Positions 56,067 through 64,000 of a stretch of DNA of 64,000 nucleotides are shown in pieces. The stretch comes from Candidatus Fermentibacterota bacterium. GTDB taxonomy: Bacteria; Fermentibacterota; Fermentibacteria; Fermentibacterales; JCC-6. The stretch covers positions 512,001-576,000 of the forward strand of contig CAWJQI010000004.1 of assembly GCA_963845085.1 (NCBI GenBank). The letters are read 5' to 3'. How positions within the stretch are numbered: position 1 is the stretch's first letter; the number at the start of each line of letters is the position of its first letter. The position numbers and the translations under genes were made by a program. The notes beneath the pieces are model-generated. The model was given only the letters and a program-made list of their open reading frames with translations, did not search any database and had not been told where the DNA came from.

Positions 56067-57584
56067 GCAATCAAAGGCCTGAGGACTGTCAGGCCTTGAA
56101 TACCACTTCACCTTGGTTATCACTGGGTTCGTGCCTTTCCTCAGGTGCCTGTCGTAAAAGTCCGCTGCAAACCTGTACACGGTCATATCGCTCTTCAGTG
56201 TGAACTTCCTTGTGAGCACGGATCGTACATTAAGAAGCACCTTGATGGGATGAAAAAAAAGCTTCAGGAGGGCAAAATTGGCGTATATCCATAACCGCGA
56301 AAGGGTGATAAGCCTGTAGTTTTCCCTCCAGGTCGGCGAGAAATTGATGTCCTCGAACTCGATATCGTCCGGCTTGAGACCCGCGACAGCGGTGTTTGGA
56401 AGAGGTGTCAGCATGAATGCTGTGATTTCATCCATGCCCTGAATGGTCAGCTGCCTGATGAACCTGTATGTAAGCCTTCTATCCCTGCGTTCCTCCCCCG
56501 GGAAGCCAAGTACAAAATTGCAGTTCACCCTGATCCCGAGTTCATGGCACCAGCGTACGACCTTCCTGACAAACTCGAGATCGACAGGCTTGTTCATCAG
56601 CCCCAGAACCTTTTTGGACGCAGACTCAGGAGAGAGGGAAATGTACCGGCATCCCGACCTGTGGAGTAGCACCAGTTCATCCCGGCTTACCGTCTCTACC
56701 TTGATGCCCGAAGGAAAACAGTAGGTGTATTCTCTGTTCCGCTTCAGAAGCTCCTGGGCAAACTCCCTCGTCCGCTCCCTGGAAAGGGAGAAGTTCTCGT
56801 CCTGGATGTGAAAGTCGGTTACTCCGTGCCTCTCATTGTAGTGGTCCATCTCGTCAACGATCCGACGGGGCGACTTGGCCATCCAGTGACCTCCCCACAT
56901 TTTGGGAGTCTGGCAAAAGGCGCAGGCGAAGGGACACCCTCTGCTGGTGAACATCGGGATGTACCTGCCATCCCTTACGGGCCCGTGTGCATACCTGAGC
57001 TTCCAGTAGGCCTCGAGCGGGATCGGATCGAAGAAGGCAAAAGGCAGGTCTTCGATGGGGCACACGATCGGAGTGCGCTCCTCGGCCTGGTTACTGCTGA
57101 AAATGCCGTCCATCGTAAAAGGCACACCCGACTCCAGCGATCGCAGAAGCATGGGAAGGCGCTTCTCCCCCTCTCCCTGAAGTACGTAGTCCGCACCGGC
57201 AGCAAGAAACGGTTCAACACAGAATGTCGTGTGATAACCCCCGACGATAACGGGAATATCGGGAAACTTTTTCTTTGAGTGCTTTATTATCGAAATCGCC
57301 ATTCCGTGTTCGAGAGTACAGTGAACCGATAACCCTATTGCATCGGCGTCATCGGGGATTGAGTCAACAATCTCGCCCGGCAGCAAACCCCTGGCTTCAA
57401 ATTTGCCGAGATATGGTGTAAATCTGTGCGGAGCAAGCCCGTAGGAGTCAACGACAGTCACGGTATGGCCGTCATTCAGAAGCACACTGCAAAGGTAGGG
57501 AAGATTGGCAGGGATTCCTGGGGTAGACCCGAACGGGCTGTTCCTGAGGTTGACCACCGGGGTACGAAGAAGGGCGATCTTCAT
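56037..57584 (-). CDS. B12-binding radical SAM protein
   Basis: N-terminal cobalamin-binding-like fold (GLS, VGGYH.T, QGEGE), TSRGCPFACAFC, DENF, ES, GFPGE. Confidence 0.9.
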   Translation of the reverse strand: MKIALLRTPVVNLRNSPFGSTPGIPANLPYLCSVLLNDGHTVTVVDSYGLAPHRFTPYLGKFEARGLLPGEIVDSIPDDADAIGLSVHCTLEHGMAISIIKHSKKKFPDIPVIVGGYHTTFCVEPFLAAGADYVLQGEGEKRLPMLLRSLESGVPFTMDGIFSSNQAEERTPIVCPIEDLPFAFFDPIPLEAYWKLRYAHGPVRDGRYIPMFTSRGCPFACAFCQTPKMWGGHWMAKSPRRIVDEMDHYNERHGVTDFHIQDENFSLSRERTREFAQELLKRNREYTYCFPSGIKVETVSRDELVLLHRSGCRYISLSPESASKKVLGLMNKPVDLEFVRKVVRWCHELGIRVNCNFVLGFPGEERRDRRLTYRFIRQLTIQGMDEITAFMLTPLPNTAVAGLKPDDIEFEDINFSPTWRENYRLITLSRLWIYANFALLKLFFHPIKVLLNVRSVLTRKFTLKSDMTVYRFAADFYDRHLRKGTNPVITKVKWYSRPDSPQAFDCSQTGAAQNR

Positions 57585-58663
57585 ACGGCCACCCCTCGTG
57601 AAGTGAACATCTGCTTCACGGTCTCCACAAAAAGCGCAGGCGCGAACCTGGGATCGCACACGATGTTGCAGGAAACCGCACACTCCCATGTGCATGCACA
57701 TTTGCCTGAATTAACATGTTTTATGAAGCTGTCGGACCGTGCAAGAATGCTCTTGAGATCGTACCGGTTCGCCCGAAGATCACCGAGTACATCCTCCCTG
57801 CACTCGCACAGTCTGACCTGGCCTGTTTCGCTTATCACCGTGAACATCCTGCCGGCAGTACATTCTGATAGCACTTTGCCCGCCATGACCTTCTCAAGCC
57901 CTTTAATGTAAAGGCTGTTGAGTCCCCTGAAGAAGGAGCTGAATGCCCTGCTCTCTCTTGAGCTGCTGCCTTTTCTGTATCTGGCCAGCTCTTCAAGAAA
58001 GACAGAGTTGTCACACCCGGGGTGGGATACCGCCGGCCACTCCGGTCTTAGGAAATGCAGCTCGTGGTTGTCAGGGGATATTCTGTCCCTCACCAGTTTT
58101 CGCAATGCATCGTGATCCTGCCCGGGCGAGTTCAGATAGATTGAAACGATGTCAAGCGTGAGGTTCTTTCTGGTCTTTTTAAGCTCGTTTATGGCGGCGG
58201 CCGACTCGAGTACGCTGTCCAGACAGCCTGCAACCCTTCTTGAAATGTCGTGCTTCACATCCCCGTGGTCGATGCTGAAAGCTGCCCTGAAATGGCACCG
58301 GGGATACTTCTCGGTAAGAGTGCTGAAGAGCTCACGGCTTCTGGCCGGGGCGAGTCCGTTTGAGGGAACCGTTATGAACTGGCAATGGGCGTTTTCAATG
58401 AAAGAGCTGATTATCTCCGCCAGATCATCCCGAAGAACCGGCTCTCCGCCTGAGATCAATAGATACGGTATGTTGCCGCATTTTTTCGATATGAGTCGGA
58501 ATTCGTCAGTTGTCAGCTCCAGCCTTTTCCTTGTCCTGCACGCCACCTCCTCGCCATAAAAGCAGAAGTCACACCCGGCATTGCACTGGGATGTGACGAA
58601 AAGAATAAGATAGGAAGGCTGTCGCTTGTTCAGGTAGCTGCGGGCCATTCTTACGATGTCCAT
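57581..58663 (-). CDS. Radical SAM protein with C-terminal SPASM/twitch-like Cys cluster
   Basis: CNAGCDFC, SGGEP, CTAG...G.V.LCE, CACTWEC. Confidence 0.9.
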   Translation of the reverse strand: MDIVRMARSYLNKRQPSYLILFVTSQCNAGCDFCFYGEEVACRTRKRLELTTDEFRLISKKCGNIPYLLISGGEPVLRDDLAEIISSFIENAHCQFITVPSNGLAPARSRELFSTLTEKYPRCHFRAAFSIDHGDVKHDISRRVAGCLDSVLESAAAINELKKTRKNLTLDIVSIYLNSPGQDHDALRKLVRDRISPDNHELHFLRPEWPAVSHPGCDNSVFLEELARYRKGSSSRESRAFSSFFRGLNSLYIKGLEKVMAGKVLSECTAGRMFTVISETGQVRLCECREDVLGDLRANRYDLKSILARSDSFIKHVNSGKCACTWECAVSCNIVCDPRFAPALFVETVKQMFTSRGVAV

Positions 58664-58876
58664 GAGAGGTTCTGCTCCAAGAGGTTGCCGGCGGAACGGC
58701 GCAGTGACGAAAATGCGGGGTACAGCCGGGAAGGTGATAAGTATCGGCCGTCCGGAATTCCGTCAGGCCCTGCGATTTTTCATTAGCATTCGGCTGTACG
58801 GAATGTTCCCGCGCACCTGCAGCACGGGCGTTTCAGCGGGATCCGGGTCGTACGCATAACTGAACGGGGGAATAGA

Positions 58877-59422
58877 ATGACATTCGAGGACGTTGCCGCG
58901 TTTCACGGCCACGAATGCCCGGGGCTTGCCATGGGTTACAGGATGGCGCTGGCGGGTCTCTCGGCCCTTGCCGGCGAAAGGGCGGCCGACGAGGAACTCG
59001 TTGCTGTCGTCGAGAACGACGCATGCGGCGTTGACGCCCTGCAATGCCTTTCGGGCTGCACGTTCGGAAAGGGCAACCTGTTGTTTCGGGACTACGGAAA
59101 AAGCGTGTACACGATCTATTCCCGCCTGACCCGCCGCGGCGTCAGGGTCCTGTTCCACGGCAGCGGTGCACCGGACGGGCTGCGCGGGGACAGGAAGGCC
59201 TACATGGAATGGATCCTTGCGGCCCCCGAGAAGGACATGATCACAGTTGCACCGGCGGTTGCCGATGAGCCCGAGCCGGCAAGGATAATGGCTTCGGTGC
59301 CCTGTGCGATCTGCGGCGAACGTGTCATGGAGACAAGAACACGCCAGGCGGGTGAGGGACTCGTCTGTATCCCGTGCTTCGCGATGTTCTCAAGCCAGAC
59401 CGGTCAGTTGCCCAGAAGCTGA
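58877..59422 (+). CDS. FmdE family protein with C-terminal C4 zinc finger
   Basis: FHGHECPGLAMG, ENDACGVDA.Q..SGCTFGKGNL, CAICGE...CIPC. Confidence 0.9.
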   Translation: MTFEDVAAFHGHECPGLAMGYRMALAGLSALAGERAADEELVAVVENDACGVDALQCLSGCTFGKGNLLFRDYGKSVYTIYSRLTRRGVRVLFHGSGAPDGLRGDRKAYMEWILAAPEKDMITVAPAVADEPEPARIMASVPCAICGERVMETRTRQAGEGLVCIPCFAMFSSQTGQLPRS

Positions 59423-60582
59423 ACCACGGTGAAGACAAGCCCTGCAAGGGTCGCCACGAGGCTCACATAGTCGGTGTTCTTCGAGATCCAGGTGTAGTCC
59501 ACTTCGACCGTGCTGTTGGGCGGAACGATGTAGAGGGCAGGATCCTCCACGTTGAACGATGTTCCGCTGGTGCTGACAACGATGTCATCGGTATCGGCCT
59601 CGACGAGATAACCCCCCGCAGCCTGAATGTACCAGTCAATGGTGGCTCCGGGACGAAAATCGATGATCCCGGGTGCGACGACCGCACCTCCTATGAACAC
59701 GGTGCTCTCGTGGGGAACCAGATTCAACGTGTCGCCGGGCATGAGCGTCAGTTCGGCATAGCCCGCGCCTTCGCTCCAGATCGGCAGAACCCGGTTGTCC
59801 CGCGTTGACAGGTAAGAGACGGGCAGGTCAAGATTGCCGGTGAAAAGCGGTGTTTCCGCAAGCAGCGCTTCAAGGGGGATGCCATTGGAGGGTATGTCGT
59901 ACGTGGAAACTGCCCCGTGAGCGTTTATGAAGAGCGGATTTACGCAGGGGTGCATTTCGATCGATGCAACCTGGCTCAGCATGGGGTCGGAACGGGGCCT
60001 TCCGGTTTCGGGGTCGATGGAGAGATCAACAGGCTCGGTACTTCCCTCAGGAGTGATTACATGCCCATACTGGGAGCCGTACATTCGAAGCCCGTCGCTC
60101 TCCCGGATCGCATCGGATACCGACTGCGTGGCGAACATGGCCAGCCTTCCGGGGTTCACGACGGTGCCCCTTACATCGATGTTCACCACCCTCGGGAAAC
60201 TGAGTGAAAGGCGCGCGCGCAGTGAGGGGAAGAACGTTCTGACAAGCGCGTCGAGGCTCTGCTGGGCCTCGGTGATGCTTCTTCCCTCAACCAGGACCGA
60301 ACCGATGCCCGAAACGTTGAGATATCCGTCGAGCGAGACCTCGCACTTGTCCAGCGGAAGAACACCGACGGAGAGAAGGTACTCCGATACGCCGCCCTCG
60401 ATTGTAACCAGCAGCAGGTCACCGGCAGCCAGACGGTAAAGGTCGCGGTCCACCGGAACAACTGCGATGCCCGATGGAACAGCCTCTGAATATGTGGTCA
60501 TCTGAGGAGACGAAAGGCCTGCGCCCGGGGTTGCGGCTGGCAGTGACAGCTGCGCGACGATCATCATAAGTATGAGAACCAT
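59404..60582 (-). CDS. SLBB-domain polysaccharide export protein (Wza/KpsD-like)
   Basis: YRLAAGD, DG.L...GIG, V.VRGTV.NPG, LMPGD, V.IGGAV..PG, YIQAAGG; hydrophobic C-terminal helix. Confidence 0.78.
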   Translation of the reverse strand: MVLILMMIVAQLSLPAATPGAGLSSPQMTTYSEAVPSGIAVVPVDRDLYRLAAGDLLLVTIEGGVSEYLLSVGVLPLDKCEVSLDGYLNVSGIGSVLVEGRSITEAQQSLDALVRTFFPSLRARLSLSFPRVVNIDVRGTVVNPGRLAMFATQSVSDAIRESDGLRMYGSQYGHVITPEGSTEPVDLSIDPETGRPRSDPMLSQVASIEMHPCVNPLFINAHGAVSTYDIPSNGIPLEALLAETPLFTGNLDLPVSYLSTRDNRVLPIWSEGAGYAELTLMPGDTLNLVPHESTVFIGGAVVAPGIIDFRPGATIDWYIQAAGGYLVEADTDDIVVSTSGTSFNVEDPALYIVPPNSTVEVDYTWISKNTDYVSLVATLAGLVFTVVQLLGN

Positions 60583-60793
60583 TGAGCCCCTTTTACGGTC
60601 CGGGTGTAGTTCACCGTTGCCCTCCGGCAACCTCTGACAAGAGTGAAACTATAACCCCGGCAGTTGTTTCGGGTCAATCGCGGGGGCTTTTCCGACCTGC
60701 CGGCCCGACAGCATTGTCTGGCCTGGGTTGCCCGGTCATCCCAGCTTATTTTAACATGTATGAGTTTGCGACATCGAATCGGGGGGGTGCATA

Positions 60794-61186
60794 ATGGATT
60801 CTGAAACTGCCAGCCGCGCCGAAAAAGCGTTTCTTGAGGATACGGACAGGATTGCCGGGGAAGATGTTGACAGAGTTCTTGTGAATCGCGAACCTATCAT
60901 CAGGAAAGTTCTTGGAAGCAAACATCTCGCCTCGTTCGTCGGCGACGTGGAACTGCTTTTCGGAATGATCCGCGACTACATGACAAAAAGGTACAGGGAA
61001 ATCCCCTGGAAAACCATCGCGGCGGCGGCGGCCACCCTGCTTTACATTCTCAACCCCTTCGACATCATTCCCGACTTCATCCCGGGGATCGGTTACATCG
61101 ACGACGGCATGGTGCTCATGCTGGCGTTGAAGATGGTCGGGAAGGACCTGGAGAAGTACAGGAACTGGCGGAACGCCAGCCGTTGA
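60794..61186 (+). CDS. YkvA/DUF1232 family protein
   Basis: LLYILNPFDIIPDFIPGIGYIDD. Confidence 0.92.
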   Translation: MDSETASRAEKAFLEDTDRIAGEDVDRVLVNREPIIRKVLGSKHLASFVGDVELLFGMIRDYMTKRYREIPWKTIAAAAATLLYILNPFDIIPDFIPGIGYIDDGMVLMLALKMVGKDLEKYRNWRNASR

Positions 61187-61226
61187 CCCGCTTCCCCCGC
61201 GAACAGCACAATGCTATGATCCCGGT

Positions 61227-63722
61227 ATGTTGAAGCACAGGCTGGTGCTGGTATTCGCAATCGCTGTCGCAGCGGCGGTGTTTCTGGTTCTGGCCCACGA
61301 GTTTGACAAGCTCCGGAACTTCACGCGCATGGGCGACATGTGGAGTCTTGTCGACCTGAGGGAAGACAGACCCGCGGTTTTCGCTGAGATCGACTCTCTT
61401 GATTTCACGGAATCAGCGGTTCCCGAAAGGTCCGACACGCTGCTTTCAGTCGACGGCCTGCCTGCGACCACAACCAACTACTTCCTCATCTTCAACACGC
61501 ACAGGGCTGCAGGCGATACAATTTCCATCACCTTTCTGCACGGGGGAGAGATCCGGACCACTTCCGTTGTCACACGGTCCATTCCGGCAAACATCCGCTG
61601 GCTGACCATGGGTCTTTTCACTCTGCGGCTGCTCATCGTTTTCGGTTTCTTCTCGATCGCCTACATCGGCCTTCTCAAGCGAAAACCTTCATCAACAGTG
61701 AGGGCGCTGGTTCTCTTCAGCCTGGCGATGGCTGCAGCGCTATCCATCACATGGGGCTCGATCTCCGACGAATACGCATCGTTCACCCTGCCGAGGGAAC
61801 TGCGCGTTTTTCTGGCGGTATTCTCGCAATTCTCCTGGGCGTTCCTTCTCAAGCTTGCACTGGTCTTTCCCAGAGCCCAGTGGTCGGTCCGGATGAGGAT
61901 AGTCACATGGCTCGTTTTCGTGGCACCGCTTGTCCTGTCCGTGCCGGGCTTCTTCAGAGCGATGCAGGGCGATCAGGACGGCCTTGATGTCCCCTCGGCG
62001 GTTTACACTACCGTTTACTGTCTTCTGTCGATCGGTTTCCTTTTCCGATCGTCGCACCGGCTGATCGACCCGCTTGAAAGGCGGCAGGTTCGAATCGTCC
62101 TGATGGGTGCCCTTCCCGGAATGGCTGGGCAGATCGGCATAATCTGGTATTTCCTTCTCTTCTTCGGGATGAAATACCTTCCTTTTTCCACGCGGCTCAT
62201 GATAGGCAACGGGCTCTTTCTCCTCCTCTCCCTTCTCCCCGCATCCTTCCTTTACGCCATCCGCCGGTACGGGCTGATGGCCCTTGAAGCAAGGATCCGG
62301 CGCAGCACCCGCTTCATCGGTGTAAACCTGCTTTTGCTGCTCGCACTGATCGGCGTGTTGTGGGCCTTCGCCGAAATTGTTCTTTCCAGCATCAACGTCA
62401 CCAGCCACACCCCGACGCTGGTCCTCGGGCTGTTGCTGGCAATGGGGTTCGGCCCCACCCAGCGCCGCATCAGGATGAGACTGGAAGAACGCTTCTTCCC
62501 GGAGAGGGTGAAGCTCAGGGTTCTGCTTCGCGACTTCCTTGCATCGGGAATGGCACGTTCAGGGGCAAAAGTGTTCTGGTCGGAACTCGGTTTCCGCCTC
62601 GGGGAGGGGCTTGGAGCCCGGCAGGTCGTTCCTGTCCTGCTTCGCAACGGAGAATGCGTTGAGCCGGTTTCCGGAGAGCCGGCTCCCTTCAGCGCAAACG
62701 ATCCCTTTCTCAGGGACCTTTCGGACACGGGTCAGCCGCTGCCTCTCGATGAGATAGTCGCAAGCGGCAGGTTCGACCTGACACGCGAGCAGACGCAGTG
62801 GTTCCGCGAACGCTCAGCATCGATGCTGCTTCCGCTGGCGACGGGCGAGGGGTTGCTCGGTTTCGTCGTCGTGGGCGGGAAGACCGGAGGCGAGGACTAC
62901 ACCGCAAGCGAGCTGGAGATCCTCTCGGCACTCTCCGGCCAGATGAGCCTTGTTGTCGAAAATCTCGAGCTGCTCGAGGAACGGGTTCGAAAGGAAGCGC
63001 TTGAGCGCCAGATGGACCTTGCAAGAACGGTTCAGAAGAGGCTTCTCCCGATAAGCCTGCCGAAGGTTCCCGGGTGCACCCTTGCCGCCATGATCAAACC
63101 CTGTCTGGACGTGGCGGGCGACTACTACGATGCATTCCTCTTTCAGGACGGGAAGCTTCTTGTCGCGGTTGGAGATGTATCGGGCAAGGGCATGGGCCCG
63201 GCCCTGATCATGGCCAACTTCCAGGCGTCCATGAGAACAGCCATGGAGGCAGGGTTGTCTCTTGATGCCGCTCTGTTCAAGATCAACAGGATGGTCTACG
63301 AGAACACCCCGGAAGATATGTTCATCACTCTCTTCGCCGCATGCCACACCCCGGATGACAACTGTCTTGTCTACGTGAACGCCGGGCACAACCCCCCATT
63401 GCTTCTGAAGAAGTCCGGCGAGGCGCGTTTTCTGTCCGAGGGCGGCCTGTTGCTCGGAATACGGGCTTCATCGGAATATGCCATCGGTCGTGTCGAGTGT
63501 TCCCCGGGGGACCTTCTTCTTCTTTACACCGACGGCGTGACCGAGGTCATGAATGCAGCGGGGGAGGAGTTCGGGGAGAAGAGGCTGCAGGCGCTTGTGG
63601 CAGCGAACTCCGAGATGGCCCTTGATGAATTGTTGCACCTCATCGAGAGTGAGGCCGCCGCATGGATGGGGAGCGATGAATTCACGGATGACTTCACCCT
63701 GCTGGCAATGAGAAAAACCTGA
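61227..63722 (+). CDS. Membrane PP2C (SpoIIE/RsbU-type) phosphatase with PDZ-like, multi-TM and GAF-like regions
   Basis: D.LLSVDG, TM array, GK.GG..Y...EL..L, VAGDYYD, GDVSGKG, NAGHNPP, LYTDGVTE, DDFT. Confidence 0.9.
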   Translation: MLKHRLVLVFAIAVAAAVFLVLAHEFDKLRNFTRMGDMWSLVDLREDRPAVFAEIDSLDFTESAVPERSDTLLSVDGLPATTTNYFLIFNTHRAAGDTISITFLHGGEIRTTSVVTRSIPANIRWLTMGLFTLRLLIVFGFFSIAYIGLLKRKPSSTVRALVLFSLAMAAALSITWGSISDEYASFTLPRELRVFLAVFSQFSWAFLLKLALVFPRAQWSVRMRIVTWLVFVAPLVLSVPGFFRAMQGDQDGLDVPSAVYTTVYCLLSIGFLFRSSHRLIDPLERRQVRIVLMGALPGMAGQIGIIWYFLLFFGMKYLPFSTRLMIGNGLFLLLSLLPASFLYAIRRYGLMALEARIRRSTRFIGVNLLLLLALIGVLWAFAEIVLSSINVTSHTPTLVLGLLLAMGFGPTQRRIRMRLEERFFPERVKLRVLLRDFLASGMARSGAKVFWSELGFRLGEGLGARQVVPVLLRNGECVEPVSGEPAPFSANDPFLRDLSDTGQPLPLDEIVASGRFDLTREQTQWFRERSASMLLPLATGEGLLGFVVVGGKTGGEDYTASELEILSALSGQMSLVVENLELLEERVRKEALERQMDLARTVQKRLLPISLPKVPGCTLAAMIKPCLDVAGDYYDAFLFQDGKLLVAVGDVSGKGMGPALIMANFQASMRTAMEAGLSLDAALFKINRMVYENTPEDMFITLFAACHTPDDNCLVYVNAGHNPPLLLKKSGEARFLSEGGLLLGIRASSEYAIGRVECSPGDLLLLYTDGVTEVMNAAGEEFGEKRLQALVAANSEMALDELLHLIESEAAAWMGSDEFTDDFTLLAMRKT

Positions 63723-63727
63723 CAGGG

Positions 63728-64000
63728 TCAGAAAGGCCAGAACCTGAGAATGGCGGGAATCGAGGCCGCGAGGACGACCAGTGTCAGGGGGAGGCCCGGT
63801 TTCCAGTAATCACCGAAACGGTAACCCCCCGGACCCATCACCAGAGTGTTGGACTGGTGCCCTATCGGCGACATGAACGCGGAGGATGCGCTTATTGATA
63901 CCGCCATGAGAAAGGGATCGACCGACAGGCCGAGCCCCCGGGCCATACCGATCGCTACCGGAGCCATAAGTACTGCCGCCGCCGCGTTGTTGATGATGTT
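63728..64000 (-). CDS. SLC13/DASS-family permease, 3' end only
   Basis: NNAAAAVLMAP, ASSAFMSPIGHQSNTLVMGPGGYRFGDY, FWPF; frame open to the window edge. Confidence 0.88.
   Translation of the reverse strand, partial: NIINNAAAAVLMAPVAIGMARGLGLSVDPFLMAVSISASSAFMSPIGHQSNTLVMGPGGYRFGDYWKPGLPLTLVVLAASIPAILRFWPF

Noticed and set aside
1..64000. CRISPR arrays, IS elements, integrases, prophage genes, rRNA or tRNA
   Set aside because: No regularly spaced repeats, transposase/integrase motifs or structural RNA signatures seen by eye; a tRNAscan/Infernal run would be needed to exclude short RNAs.

Overview
GC-rich bacterial DNA (roughly 60% GC by eye), standard code 11 (TGA ends many ordinary genes). 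A T9SS/FlgD-type C-terminal domain, a gingipain (C25) propeptide and a cyclase-NTPase-TPR protein suggest an anaerobic FCB-group or candidate-phylum organism, possibly Fermentibacteria-like (inference only). 1-17 kb: C25 protease 5' end, patatin-POTRA-barrel protein, cupin, FIST protein plus hybrid kinase, Orn/Lys/Arg decarboxylase, sugar epimerase, soluble-AC-like STAND protein and a secreted BNR beta-propeller. 17.3-53 kb: large surface-polysaccharide locus that switches strand repeatedly (rmlA, vioA/vioB with FabH/FabG-like genes, Fnl/Qnl-type genes, Wzx, Wzy/ligase, five GT4s, two GT-Cs, two DUF362, ATP-grasp, CapK-like, DUF354, MBOAT/SGNH). 53-64 kb: nucleotidyltransferase, nitroreductase, flavodoxin, two radical SAM genes, FmdE, Wza-like, YkvA, PP2C phosphatase, SLC13 3' end. 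Top finding: ORFs 14649-15728 and 13659-14642 are one reading frame split only by an in-frame TGA (LEGSG-*-GGVELY), with a SECIS-like hairpin downstream and a Cys 22 residues upstream, i.e. a candidate T9SS-secreted beta-propeller selenoprotein. Three single-base frameshifts suggest assembly indels, so read-level checks are needed. No rRNA, tRNA, CRISPR array or mobile element was recognised.
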